Positions 22,092 through 32,460 of a stretch of 64,000 nucleotides of DNA are shown in pieces. The notes below the pieces were generated by a model. That model did no database searches. It saw only the letters and a program-made list of their open reading frames with translations, and was not told the DNA's origin. Each line of letters opens with the position of its first letter. Position 1 is the first letter of the stretch. Position numbers and translations under genes: made by a program. Source of the stretch: Bdellovibrionota bacterium (GTDB lineage Bacteria; Bdellovibrionota_G; JALEGL01; DATDPG01); NCBI GenBank assembly GCA_963668355.1, contig OY764265.1, positions 1,088,001 through 1,152,000 of the forward strand. Reading direction: 5' to 3'.

Positions 22092-22290
22092 AAGCGAATC
22101 TGAGGAAGAGTCTCTCCGCGCCTGTGAAGAGAGCCCAAAGACCTCGTGAACGGAAGGTAGGGGAAACGGAGACGACCTGCGGCAAGCTATGCTTGACGCT
22201 GGGCGGACAACGAGGGGCCCCGCCTGCAGTGATCGTAGTCTTTGGAGCGAACGTAACCCGAAGCGGAGAGACTCTTCCTCAGATTTGCTT
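22092..22290 (+). other. Structured intergenic element A (candidate ncRNA or non-autonomous element)
   Basis: 28-bp inverted repeat (22092-22119 / 22263-22290) with a single G-T wobble; internal hairpins; core motifs shared with 44230-44359. Confidence 0.75.
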
Positions 22291-22334
22291 CCCTTAAACG
22301 TAGCTGTTCTTAACAACGATTTCGGAGTCCTCTT

Positions 22335-22358
22335 GCGCGACGAATGTCGCGCTTTTTT
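22335..22358 (+). terminator. Rho-independent terminator, + strand
   Basis: GCGCGAC-GAAT-GTCGCGC followed by TTTTTT. Confidence 0.75.
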
Positions 22359-22366
22359 ATTTCAAA

Positions 22367-25300
22367 CTAAGCGAAATGAATTTTGGTTTGGGGGCCGAGG
22401 AGGGTGTTTAGGTCTTGGACCATTTCATTTGTCGGTGCCACAAAAAAATCTCGTGAAAGGGCAATCACCGTTTCGCTTTTTCCGGGAATTCGAAAATGCA
22501 AAATGGTCGGACACTCTCCTTTATATCTTCCAAATAACTCTTTGAGTTCTTGAAGATTCGTTGGATTCAAGAGCGTTGCGTCGACAGAAATATGCACTTT
22601 TCCACTAAACAATTCGTGCGCTTTTTCCAACTCTGCCACATTGGACACCAAAATTTTGGCCTGGTCTTCACCAATGTCCAATTTCCCGGTCACAAAAATC
22701 GGGGCGTCACCTTTGATCAACTCTCCGTACAGACGAAAGGGTTCAGCAAAAACGACCAACTCAACGCTTCCCGAGAGATCCTCTAACGTCGCAAACGCCA
22801 TGCGATCGCCTTTTCGCGTATTGATCTCTTTGACCGAGGAAATCATTCCCCCAACCCGGGCTGTGCTCTGATCTCTCAATTCCTTTAAACTACCTGCATC
22901 GGAGTTGGCATATCGCTTGAGAACATCGGTGTAACGAAGCAAAGGGTGGCCTGTGATATAAAACCCCACGGAGTCTTTCTCATATCGCAGACGTTCGGTT
23001 TCTTCCCACTCCGGAGCCTCACGATATTCTAATTTGGAGACAACCACACCGGACTGTTCCCCGAACAGATTTTCTTGACCCACCAACCGATCTTTTTGGG
23101 CTTGGTGTGCTGCCTCCATAGCCATTTCCAAAGAGGCCATCATTTTGGCCCGCATTCCGCCCGTCGAATCAAAGGCGCCACACTTGATCAGAGATTCAAT
23201 CACGCGTTTATTTACTTTTCTCAAATCAATTCGTTCACAGAAATCAAATAAATCTTCAAAGGGCCCAGACTTTTCACGAGCGGCAATGATCACTTCGATG
23301 GCACCATCCCCAACATTCTTCACAGCACCCAACCCGAATCGAATTTTTCCCTTGATGACTGAAAAGTCGTGGTGGCTTTCATTCACATCCGGCGGCAAGA
23401 CTTCGATGCCCTGGGCCCGACAATCATTTAAAAGCAAGACGACACGATCCGTATTGGCGCGGTCAATGGACAGACACGCAGCCATGAACTCCACAGGATA
23501 GTGAGCTTTCATGTATGCGGTTTGAAATGAAATCATAGCATAGGCCGCCGAGTGACTTTTATTGAAGCCATATCCCGCGAACTTCGCCATTAGGTCAAAA
23601 ATCTTTTTGGCTTTGGCCTTCGGAAACTTATTGGTTTCGCACCCACTCAAAAACCGTTGTTCCTGCTTGTCCATCTCTTCGGCAATTTTCTTACCCATGG
23701 CGCGACGAAGCAGGTCGGCTTCTCCCAGGCTATAACTCGCCAAGGCCGAAGCAATTTGCATGACTTGCTCTTGATAGAGAATGACGCCGTAGGTGTCTTT
23801 TAAGATGGGTTCAAGCTCTGGAAGGTCGTAAACAATGGGCGTTCGCCCATGTTTTCGGTTGATGAAGTCATCGACCATGCCCGAGCCCAAAGGCCCCGGT
23901 CGGTACAAAGCCACCAAAGCAACGATATCTTCAAATTGAGAGGGTTTCAGTTTTGCAACCAGATCGCGCATCCCTGAAGATTCCAACTGAAAAACCCCTT
24001 GTGTGTCTGCACGACTCAGGAGTTCAAATACTTTCGGGTCGTTCATGTCCACCGTTAGGAGATCAATCTTTTCACCGTGGGTTCGCTCGACCAATTTTAC
24101 GGCTCGATCCAAAAGTGTCAGTGTTTTCAACCCCAAGAAGTCAAACTTGATCAGCCCGACCTTTTCGACGCCCTTCATGTCCCATTGGGTGACAACCTCA
24201 TCATGTTGGCCTTTGTACAGAGGCACATGTTGAGCAAGAGGTCGGTTATCTGAAATCACGACTCCCGCCGCATGAACTGAAGCGTGTCGGGTCAATCCTT
24301 CCAGGCGAAGGGCAATGGTCAAAAGTTCATCCACCTTGGCGTCTTTTTTGCGAAGTTCGTCGAACTTTTCTTCTTTCTTAAAAGCCTCTTCCAAGGTGAT
24401 ATTCAGAATGGAAGGAACCAACTTCGCAATGCGATCCACCTCACCATAAGGCATTCCCAAGACCCGACCCACATCCCGCAAAACGGCTCGGGCTTGCATT
24501 TTTCCAAAGGTGGTAATCTGTGCCACGCGACGATCAAACACATCTGCATCACCGTTATATTTCTCCGCCACATACTTGATCACTTCATCTCGCCGATCTT
24601 GACAAAAGTCGACATCAATATCTGGCATGGAAATACGTTCAGGATTTAAAAATCGTTCGAACAATAAATTATATGGAATGGGATCGACGTCGGTGATGCG
24701 TGTAGAATAAGCCACCAAACTTCCTGCAGCAGATCCTCGTCCCGGCCCCACGGGAATCTTTTGGGCTTTCGCAAAATTGATGAAATCAGAAACAATTAAG
24801 AAATACCCCGAGAAACCCATCTCTTTAATGGTTTTTAGCTCTTTCTCTAGGCGACTTTCATACTTTTCTTGAATCCCCTCCTTCGATTGCCCTGCCCGTT
24901 CATAAAAAGCAAAAATTTGGGGCAGCCTTTCTTTGAGACCCTGATGGGCAAATTCAACCAAATGCTCGTCGAGTGTTTTTCCCTCCGGTGGGGAAAAATC
25001 CGGCATATAGTATTTTCCGGTTTCCAATTCAACGTTGCACTTTTCAGCAACTTCCAGCGTGTTTTTCAAAGCTTCTGGGTAATGAGAAAACAGCTCCTCC
25101 ATTTCCTCAGCAGATTTGACGTAATACTGCTCCCCGGAATATTTCATGCGATCTTGATCTTGAATGGAGGCTCCCAAGCCAATGCACAAAAGCGCATCAT
25201 GCGCTCGTGCATCCTCTTTTCTCAAATAATGGCTATCGTTGGTCGCCACCACGGGTATAGAAAGTTTTTCTGAAAGTTCTATGAGCCCCTCATTCACACG

Positions 25301-25843
25301 ATGCTGATCGGGCAACCCATGGTCCATAAGTTCCAAGTAGTAATTTCCTTCGCCAAAAATTTCCTGGAACTCTTTGGCCGATTTTTCGGCCGACTCGGGT
25401 TGGCCATCTCGAAGAAAGCGTGAGGGAACACCGCTCAAACAACCTGAAAGAGCCAGTATTCCTTCATGGTATTCACGCAGAATCTCGCGATCAATCCGAG
25501 GTTTGTAATAAAAACCTTCTAAATTCGCCAACGTGATCAATCGAAAAAGATTTTCCAATCCACCTTTGTCTTTTGCCAAAAGCGTTATGTGATTGAGGGG
25601 GTGCTGCGTAGATTTTTCCTTACGATGTCCTTGAGTTAAATAAGCCTCTACCCCCAAGATGGGTTTGATTCCGGCCTTTTTCGCCGTGAGATAGAACTCT
25701 AAGGTTCCATGTAAATTTCCATGGTCGGTAATGGCCACGGAGCTCATTCCCAACTCTTTCGCTCGATCAACCAAGCCCTGTGCGGTAATTGCGCCGTCTA
25801 ATAAGGAGTATTGGCTATGCAGATGTAAGTGAACAAACTCCAT
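22367..25843 (-). CDS. dnaE: DNA polymerase III alpha subunit
   Basis: FVHLHLHSQYSLLDG PHP domain, GRGSAAGS, MPDIDVDF, FAGYGFNKSHSAAY; no intein apparent. Confidence 0.98.
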   Translation of the reverse strand: MEFVHLHLHSQYSLLDGAITAQGLVDRAKELGMSSVAITDHGNLHGTLEFYLTAKKAGIKPILGVEAYLTQGHRKEKSTQHPLNHITLLAKDKGGLENLFRLITLANLEGFYYKPRIDREILREYHEGILALSGCLSGVPSRFLRDGQPESAEKSAKEFQEIFGEGNYYLELMDHGLPDQHRVNEGLIELSEKLSIPVVATNDSHYLRKEDARAHDALLCIGLGASIQDQDRMKYSGEQYYVKSAEEMEELFSHYPEALKNTLEVAEKCNVELETGKYYMPDFSPPEGKTLDEHLVEFAHQGLKERLPQIFAFYERAGQSKEGIQEKYESRLEKELKTIKEMGFSGYFLIVSDFINFAKAQKIPVGPGRGSAAGSLVAYSTRITDVDPIPYNLLFERFLNPERISMPDIDVDFCQDRRDEVIKYVAEKYNGDADVFDRRVAQITTFGKMQARAVLRDVGRVLGMPYGEVDRIAKLVPSILNITLEEAFKKEEKFDELRKKDAKVDELLTIALRLEGLTRHASVHAAGVVISDNRPLAQHVPLYKGQHDEVVTQWDMKGVEKVGLIKFDFLGLKTLTLLDRAVKLVERTHGEKIDLLTVDMNDPKVFELLSRADTQGVFQLESSGMRDLVAKLKPSQFEDIVALVALYRPGPLGSGMVDDFINRKHGRTPIVYDLPELEPILKDTYGVILYQEQVMQIASALASYSLGEADLLRRAMGKKIAEEMDKQEQRFLSGCETNKFPKAKAKKIFDLMAKFAGYGFNKSHSAAYAMISFQTAYMKAHYPVEFMAACLSIDRANTDRVVLLLNDCRAQGIEVLPPDVNESHHDFSVIKGKIRFGLGAVKNVGDGAIEVIIAAREKSGPFEDLFDFCERIDLRKVNKRVIESLIKCGAFDSTGGMRAKMMASLEMAMEAAHQAQKDRLVGQENLFGEQSGVVVSKLEYREAPEWEETERLRYEKDSVGFYITGHPLLRYTDVLKRYANSDAGSLKELRDQSTARVGGMISSVKEINTRKGDRMAFATLEDLSGSVELVVFAEPFRLYGELIKGDAPIFVTGKLDIGEDQAKILVSNVAELEKAHELFSGKVHISVDATLLNPTNLQELKELFGRYKGECPTILHFRIPGKSETVIALSRDFFVAPTNEMVQDLNTLLGPQTKIHFA

Positions 25844-25922
25844 TGAAGAGTCCTGGATACGAGATCCCGCTCATTCAGGCAACACAAAAGTAAAACGGGA
25901 GAGGTTTTTATTTTTTTGCGAA

Positions 25923-27449
25923 TCATTCCCACTCAATGGTGGCAGGAGGCTTACTGGAGATGTCATACACAACACGATTGATGCCTCTCACTTCATTGAT
26001 GATCCGATTGGAAACTTTGGCCAAGAATGAATGAGGCAACTCTGCCCAATCGGCGGTCATTCCATCATGGCTCACAACCGCTCGAAGCGCGCAGACATTT
26101 TCGTACGTTCGCTCATCTCCCATGACCCCCACAGAGCGCACCGGAAGGAAGGTTGCAAACGCCTGCCAAACCTCGTCATACAGTCCAGATCGACGAAGTT
26201 CATCCATAAAAATTTCATCGGCCGCTTGCAAGACGCTTACGCGTTCTGGAAGGATCTCTCCGATGATCCTCACCGCAAGGCCAGGACCGGGAAAAGGATG
26301 TCGATTGAGAAGATCGGGTTTTAATCCCAACTCCTTTCCCAAACTTCGAACCTCATCCTTAAAAAGTTCTCTTAAGGGTTCGATTAATTTCAAGTTCATG
26401 CGTTCCGGTAATCCCCCCACATTGTGATGACTTTTGATCATCGCGGAGGGTCCCCTCATAGAAACCGATTCTATGACGTCTGGGTAAAGGGTTCCTTGGG
26501 CCAAGAAACTGGCATCGTCGATGGTTTTGGCTTCTTCTTCAAATACATCGATGAAAACGTTTCCAATAATTTTACGTTTTTTTTCTGGATCTTCGACACC
26601 CCTCAATGCCGATAAGAAGCGGTTTTTTGCATCAATCACACGAAGATCTACATGAAAGAAATCCAAAAAACTTTTCTCGACTTCCTCTCGTTCGCCACGC
26701 CTTAGCAAACCTGTATCCACAAATACCGCCGTCAATTGTTTGCCCAGGGCTTTGTGCAAAAGAAGGGTCACAACCGATGAGTCCACGCCTCCAGACAACC
26801 CACAAATCACATGATGATTTCCCACCCTCTCTCGAATTTCTTTGATTTGAGTGGTGATGAAATGACTCATGGTCCACGTGGGGTTCGCCTTACAAACGTT
26901 AAATAAAAAATTGCGAAGAAAGGTCTTTCCAATCTCGGTATGGGTGACTTCCGGATGAAACTGAACGCCGAACTGTCTTCCTTCTTCATTTTCAATGGCG
27001 GCAAAGGGAGAGTTGTCAGACGTGGCCAGAACACGAAAACTCTCTGGCAATTCTTCAATCCGGTCTCCATGGCTCATCCAAACGATGGGAGCTTCTTGTT
27101 CAATTTCCTCAAACAAGACATGCTGAGATGGAATCTTCAATTCCGCCCGACCAAATTCTCTTTCTTGTGCCGGCTCTACTTTTCCGCCAGCCGCATGAAC
27201 CAAGAGTTGGGCCCCATAACAAATTCCCAAGATGGGAACTTTCCAAGATAGGATCTCTTCTTGCAAATGAGGAGCTTCTCCGGTGTACACCGACGCCGGG
27301 CCTCCAGACAAAATGACGCCCTCACATTGGGGTTCATACGAAGAAAGCTTCGCATCGAAAGGAATGATCTCACAATACACCTCTTGCTCCCGAATTCGTC
27401 GGGCGATGAGTTGCGTATACTGCGAGCCGTAATCCAGTATGAGAATCAT
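25923..27449 (-). CDS. guaA: GMP synthase
   Basis: [34 protein letters not shown]. Confidence 0.98.
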   Translation of the reverse strand: MILILDYGSQYTQLIARRIREQEVYCEIIPFDAKLSSYEPQCEGVILSGGPASVYTGEAPHLQEEILSWKVPILGICYGAQLLVHAAGGKVEPAQEREFGRAELKIPSQHVLFEEIEQEAPIVWMSHGDRIEELPESFRVLATSDNSPFAAIENEEGRQFGVQFHPEVTHTEIGKTFLRNFLFNVCKANPTWTMSHFITTQIKEIRERVGNHHVICGLSGGVDSSVVTLLLHKALGKQLTAVFVDTGLLRRGEREEVEKSFLDFFHVDLRVIDAKNRFLSALRGVEDPEKKRKIIGNVFIDVFEEEAKTIDDASFLAQGTLYPDVIESVSMRGPSAMIKSHHNVGGLPERMNLKLIEPLRELFKDEVRSLGKELGLKPDLLNRHPFPGPGLAVRIIGEILPERVSVLQAADEIFMDELRRSGLYDEVWQAFATFLPVRSVGVMGDERTYENVCALRAVVSHDGMTADWAELPHSFLAKVSNRIINEVRGINRVVYDISSKPPATIEWE

Positions 27450-28922
27450 TTACAGATCCGAACGATAGTTGGGGGCTTCCTTGGTCACGGTGACATCGTG
27501 CACATGGCTTTCCCTCAAGCTAGCTCCAGAGATTTTGACAAACTTGGCCTTCTCTCGAAGCTTGGCCAAGCTTTCGGCGCCCACATATCCCATGCCAGCT
27601 CGTAAGCCTCCCATCAATTGATACACCGTGGTGGAAAGGCCTCCTTTATATGCCACCATTCCCTCAACCCCTTCGGGAACCAATTTTCCCAAATTGGGGT
27701 CCTGATTTTGACCTTGAAAATATCGATCGGCCGAACCGGCTTTCATGGCCCCCAAAGAGCCCATTCCCCGATAGGTTTTATAGGTACGCCCCTGATACAA
27801 AATTGTTTCTCCGGGGGCTTCTTCGGTCCCCGCGAACAAGGAACCAATCATGACGGTTTCGGCTCCGGCAGCCAACGCTTTAACCATGTCTCCAGAAAAA
27901 CGAATGCCTCCATCGGCAATTAAGGGGAGGCCCGCTTTTTGGGTCTCCTTAGAAACCTCCATGACCGCCGTGAACTGAGGAACGCCAATCCCCGCGACAA
28001 TTCGCGTGGTACAGATGGATCCAGGTCCAATCCCGACTTTAACCGCGTCAATCTCGGTTCGAATCAGGGCTTTGGCTGCGTCCGCCGTTCCCACATTCCC
28101 CGCGATGATTTGAACCTCCGAAACTTGCTTTCTAAGTCTCTCCACAAACTGAAGGACCTTCTGGGAGTGACCATGAGCTGTGTCCACAACCAACACGTCT
28201 GCTCCGGCCTTGACCAAAGCTTCGGCCCGCTCCAGATCTTCCTCTTTGGCACCCACCCCGGCTCCCACGCGCAAACGACCGTGTTCGTCTTTACAAGCAT
28301 GCGGAAATTCCAGGGCCTTTTTGATGTCTCGAATGGTGATGAGCCCCCTCAAGGAACCATCCTCCGCCACCACGGGCAGCTTTTCGATGCGATGACGATG
28401 GAGAATCTCTTTGGCTTGCTCCAACGTAATTCCTTCCGGAGCCGTCACAAGCTTTTCGCTGGTCATGACATCCGAAACACTTAAATCCATGTTTTTCTCG
28501 AATTGAAGATCCCGATTGGTCAAAATCCCCACCAGTTTTTGACCTCGAACGACGGGAATTCCGCTGATTTTGTGCTTGGTCATCAAGCCAATGGCCTGGA
28601 TGACGGAGGAATCTGGATCAATCGTAATCGGATCTGTGATCAAACCGCTTTCGGATTTTTTAACCTTCCGGACCTCCTCCATTTGTTGAGAAATGGACAT
28701 ATTGCGATGAACAATGCCAATACCCCCCTCTTGAGCCATGCGGATGGCCAGGGCGGACTCCGTCACCGTATCCATCGCAGCCGACACCAAGGGGATTCGA
28801 AGATTGATCTTTCGGGTCAACCGGGTGCTAAGATCCACCTCATGAGGCAAAATCTCGCTGGATTGCGGCAAAAGAAGAACATCATCAAATGAATAGGCCT
28901 CTGAAAAGCGTTCGGTCGTCAT
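27450..28922 (-). CDS. guaB: IMP dehydrogenase
   Basis: [11 protein letters not shown] pair, [17 protein letters not shown]. Confidence 0.98.
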   Translation of the reverse strand: MTTERFSEAYSFDDVLLLPQSSEILPHEVDLSTRLTRKINLRIPLVSAAMDTVTESALAIRMAQEGGIGIVHRNMSISQQMEEVRKVKKSESGLITDPITIDPDSSVIQAIGLMTKHKISGIPVVRGQKLVGILTNRDLQFEKNMDLSVSDVMTSEKLVTAPEGITLEQAKEILHRHRIEKLPVVAEDGSLRGLITIRDIKKALEFPHACKDEHGRLRVGAGVGAKEEDLERAEALVKAGADVLVVDTAHGHSQKVLQFVERLRKQVSEVQIIAGNVGTADAAKALIRTEIDAVKVGIGPGSICTTRIVAGIGVPQFTAVMEVSKETQKAGLPLIADGGIRFSGDMVKALAAGAETVMIGSLFAGTEEAPGETILYQGRTYKTYRGMGSLGAMKAGSADRYFQGQNQDPNLGKLVPEGVEGMVAYKGGLSTTVYQLMGGLRAGMGYVGAESLAKLREKAKFVKISGASLRESHVHDVTVTKEAPNYRSDL

Positions 28923-28987
28923 AACGATTAGTTGCGGCGAAATTTAGGGGAAAGCTGTATATAGTCAAGCGTTCGTCAAAGAAAGCT

Positions 28988-30097
28988 GTGAAACGAGAAG
29001 AGAAAATCAGAATCGCCGATGAGACTTTTTGCGAAATCTTCCATGATTTCAACTTCTTCCACTTTTTAAACCCCACCAATCAAGAGGAAGAGAAAGATCG
29101 CTTTTTTCAAGCTTGGGAAGAGGGAGAAGTGTATCACCCCCAATTCACGTATGACCCCCTTCCCGCCACACTGGACAGCCATTTAAACCAGCTGGAGTCC
29201 CTAAGCTTGGGGGACACGCACTTGGAAGCCTGTTATGAGAAAACCCGCCAAGAGTTGATTCAATCCATACATGCGCTTCAGTCCCGTGGAACCCCAGAAA
29301 TCACAAAGTTTTCCAATCGTTTATTCGGAATTCCATCTACTCCACTGGTCGAGAAGGCCATTCTTCTTTTAAAGCGCAGAAATACTGAATCTAAGGACGC
29401 CGCCCCCATGATGGGCGTGAAAGGAATTCAGGAATTGTTCCGGGAACGTCTTCGAGAGGATCGTTTGGAAGGATGGGATGTGGTTGAAGACCGTTCCAAT
29501 GTCGACTTTGTCCAAATTGACTGGGCGCATCATAAGATTCGCCTTCAATCCGGAATGATTGTTTCCGAAAAAATGGCCAGAAGGATTCTCCAACATGTCA
29601 TCGGAGCCAAAATTTATCGAACCGTAAATGGAGAGCGCCAACCCTTCAAATGTTTTGCCCTGGGGTTTCAAGGATATTTAGAGACCGATGAAGGTCTTGC
29701 CGTGGAGCTGGAAGAGGCCTCCGGTCTTTTGACTCCTGGAATCTCCCGAGCTTATGCCGGTCGATTGATCGGTGCGGCGCGATCGGCCAATGCCTCTTTT
29801 TTTCAAGTCTTTAAAGATCTGACGTCTTATTTTCTCCCGGATCAGGCCTATGATATTGCCGTTCGAAATAAACGAGGCTTGAACGACACGTCTCAACCCG
29901 GAGGTTTCCTTCAAGATCATCTCTATTTGCAGGGAAAAGAAAAAATTAAGCTTTTATCCGGTCCAGAAAAACGACTCCTTTACACAGGAAGAATTGGCAT
30001 TCATCATCTTCCTCTCGTGCAAGAGTTGCTTACACAGAAAAAACTGGTAGACCCTGCATTTGTACCGAGCGTATTCCATGGAAGAAACTACACTTGA
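28988..30097 (+). CDS. DUF1704 family (QEGLA-motif/MATCAP-like) protein with degenerate zinc motif
   Basis: YHPQFTY, R.VNG..QP, DEGLA, R.KRGL.DTSQPGGF.QD.LYLQG; the HExxxH position reads HVIGAK. Confidence 0.75.
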   Translation: MKREEKIRIADETFCEIFHDFNFFHFLNPTNQEEEKDRFFQAWEEGEVYHPQFTYDPLPATLDSHLNQLESLSLGDTHLEACYEKTRQELIQSIHALQSRGTPEITKFSNRLFGIPSTPLVEKAILLLKRRNTESKDAAPMMGVKGIQELFRERLREDRLEGWDVVEDRSNVDFVQIDWAHHKIRLQSGMIVSEKMARRILQHVIGAKIYRTVNGERQPFKCFALGFQGYLETDEGLAVELEEASGLLTPGISRAYAGRLIGAARSANASFFQVFKDLTSYFLPDQAYDIAVRNKRGLNDTSQPGGFLQDHLYLQGKEKIKLLSGPEKRLLYTGRIGIHHLPLVQELLTQKKLVDPAFVPSVFHGRNYT

Positions 30098-30950
30098 TGC
30101 CATACCCCGAATTTCTTGGGTTGACCTGAGAAAAAACCTCGAAAGTAAGACACCTTTCGAAGCCCTGTCTCCGTTGGCTACGTGTCTGATTCGCGTCCGT
30201 GAATATTCACCCTTCATCGCGAATGTCTCGCACTCCGGTCATCGGGTCCGGGAAGAACTCGAAATGAATATGCTCATAGAAGAACAAGAGCGTCTTTGCG
30301 AAGAAGATGTTGGAGTGGATCGCTTCTTAGACGCTTTCCCCATTCAAATCATCGCTTTAGATTCCCGTTACGAATATGACGTGAATCGTCCAAGAAAGCA
30401 TGCCGTCTATCTAAAGCCCTTTGAAAGCTGGGGAAAAAAGGTTTGGCGAAATCCTCCCAGGCCCGAAGAACTTGAGTTTTCTTTGGAAAAATACGATGAC
30501 TATCATGAGATCGTTGAGTTTGTCGTAGAGTCCATTCAAAAAATGTTCGGCTCTACACTTGTGTTGGATCTGCATTCCTACAATTACCGAAGGTCCGCTC
30601 AGAGTTCCGTCAAAACCCCTTTCCCAACCTTTGATCTAGTTTTGTCAGAAGAAGATAAAAAGGAGCACCAAAGCACGATTGATTTTCTCTCCACACAACT
30701 CAAAACGATTTCGACTCCGGAAGGACCTGCCACGGTATTAGAAAACGCCGTGTTTCAAAAAGACGGTGCCATAGCCGAAAGACTTCAAGCCTTTTTTCCG
30801 GATGTGCTCACCCTGCCCATCGAAATCAAAAAAATATATATGGAGGAAAAGACCGGGGTGTTTCACGAAGAGGTCCTTGAATCGCTGCGATCTTCCCTCA
30901 ATGAAATCTTTCCAAAAGTTTTTTCTCATTTTCGAAAGCAAACTTCATAA
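30078..30950 (+). CDS. N-formylglutamate amidohydrolase-like protein
   Basis: SHSGH, RLCEED, SRYEYDVNR, LDLHSYNYRR, IEIKK. Confidence 0.75.
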   Translation: MEETTLDAIPRISWVDLRKNLESKTPFEALSPLATCLIRVREYSPFIANVSHSGHRVREELEMNMLIEEQERLCEEDVGVDRFLDAFPIQIIALDSRYEYDVNRPRKHAVYLKPFESWGKKVWRNPPRPEELEFSLEKYDDYHEIVEFVVESIQKMFGSTLVLDLHSYNYRRSAQSSVKTPFPTFDLVLSEEDKKEHQSTIDFLSTQLKTISTPEGPATVLENAVFQKDGAIAERLQAFFPDVLTLPIEIKKIYMEEKTGVFHEEVLESLRSSLNEIFPKVFSHFRKQTS

Positions 30951-31706
30951 ATGAGTGCGGCCGCCATCGACATTCAAAACCTGGTGAAGCGGTTTGGCTC
31001 TTTCACGGCCGTATCGGATATCTCTCTAACCATCCAACCGGGAAGCTTTTTTGGATTCCTCGGACCCAATGGAGCGGGAAAAACCACCACGATCAATGTT
31101 CTTACGGGGTTATGCACACCAACATCTGGAACCGTTTCGGTTTTGGGAAATGATGTTTTGCAGGACTATCGCAAATGCCGAAGCAAAATTGGCTTGGCTC
31201 CGCAGGATTTTAATTTTGATCGTTTTTTTTCGATTCGAAGGGTCATTGAGTTTGAGGCGGGATATTTTGGTCTTTCTCCCAAAAAGGCGCGCAAACGAAT
31301 TGATGCGTTATTCGACCGATTTGGGTTGACCTCAAAAGCGAACCAACGCGTCCAAACGCTATCCGGTGGTTTAAAACGAAGACTTCAGTTGGTAAAAGCC
31401 TTGGTTCATGATCCCGAAATTCTCATTTTAGATGAACCCACGGCGGGTGTGGATTTAGAGCTACGCTATGAGCTTTGGGAATACCTACGAGAACTCAATC
31501 GCCAAGGAAAAACGATCTTGTTAACCACTCACTATCTTGAGGAGGCCGAAAGCCTGTGTGAAGAAATTGCCATCGTTCATAAAGGCAAGATTGTCGAGCA
31601 AGGCTTAACGCGCGATCTTCTTCAAAAGAATAAAAAAAGTTTAGAGGAATTGTTTTTGTCGCGCGTGATTGAAAAGGATGGGGGGGCCGTTGGAAAATTG
31701 GATTAG
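30951..31706 (+). CDS. ABC transporter ATP-binding protein (YadG-like)
   Basis: GPNGAGKTT, LSGG, ILDEPTAGVD. Confidence 0.93.
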   Translation: MSAAAIDIQNLVKRFGSFTAVSDISLTIQPGSFFGFLGPNGAGKTTTINVLTGLCTPTSGTVSVLGNDVLQDYRKCRSKIGLAPQDFNFDRFFSIRRVIEFEAGYFGLSPKKARKRIDALFDRFGLTSKANQRVQTLSGGLKRRLQLVKALVHDPEILILDEPTAGVDLELRYELWEYLRELNRQGKTILLTTHYLEEAESLCEEIAIVHKGKIVEQGLTRDLLQKNKKSLEELFLSRVIEKDGGAVGKLD

Positions 31707-32454
31707 ATTCTGGACTCTCTTCAAACGCGAAACCTATCGCTATGTCAGCCGTTGGGGCCAAACCATTTTTCCCCCGGTGATCAGTACCGTTTTATTCATT
31801 GTAATCTTCGGATTCGTCTTGGGGTCCCGCATGCGTTTGATCGAAGGTCATGAATACATTCTTTTCATCTTCCCCGGTTTATTGCTCATGGGGGCGGGAA
31901 ACTCTGCTTTTCATAACGCCTCTTTTTCTCTGTTCATTTCCAGGTGGGATCATTTCGTGGAGGACCTGCTGGTTTCACCGCTCTCATACCTTCAGATGGT
32001 CATGGCTTTTCTTTTGGCCTCCACCGTTCGAGGCTTGGTCACAGGTTTGGTGATTCTCGCATCGGGGAGCCTACTTTTAGGTTCTCCCTTCGCCCACCCC
32101 GCACACTTATTTCTCGCTTTGTTGATGAGTTCTTTACTTTTTTCGGCCTTTGGAATCATTGTCGGATTGTGGGCCGATGACTGGGACCAGTTGGCGCTAT
32201 TTCAAAATTTCATCATGACCCCTCTGATGTTTTTGGGAGGTGTTTTTTACTCCACCTCGAATCTCCCCGACGGGTTTCGGTGGGTGAATGAGGCCAACCC
32301 AATCTACTATATGGTCTCAGCCATTCGCCATTCGATTCTGGGCTCGGCAGACACATCCTTTTGGGTGGGGATGCTCCCCACCACCTTTTTCACCGTGGTT
32401 TTTGCCGTTTTAGCTGTGAGACTTTTTCGTACCGGGTATAAATTGCGAACCTAA
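31678..32454 (+). CDS. ABC-2 permease (YadH-like)
   Basis: QTIFPPVI, FIFPGL, PL.FLGGVFYS, NPIYYMV, GYKLR. Confidence 0.9.
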   Translation: MGGPLENWIRFWTLFKRETYRYVSRWGQTIFPPVISTVLFIVIFGFVLGSRMRLIEGHEYILFIFPGLLLMGAGNSAFHNASFSLFISRWDHFVEDLLVSPLSYLQMVMAFLLASTVRGLVTGLVILASGSLLLGSPFAHPAHLFLALLMSSLLFSAFGIIVGLWADDWDQLALFQNFIMTPLMFLGGVFYSTSNLPDGFRWVNEANPIYYMVSAIRHSILGSADTSFWVGMLPTTFFTVVFAVLAVRLFRTGYKLRT

Positions 32455-32460
32455 GTTCTT

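Noticed and set aside
22084..22149. 21-aa acidic micro-ORF MTKSESEEESLRACEESPKTS
   Set aside because: It is a by-product of the element A arm and has no equivalent in element B.
22092..22290. Element A as 6S RNA, SRP RNA or hammerhead ribozyme
   Set aside because: The size fits 6S, but it has a second short copy, a near-perfect 28-bp stem and no usual 6S context. No SRP domain IV motif or CUGAnGA core is seen. An Rfam scan would be needed to exclude these fully.
21696..22545. ORFs 21696-22316 (-) and 22189-22545 (+)
   Set aside because: They run across palindromic elements or antisense to dnaE, show no recognisable motifs and are likely spurious.
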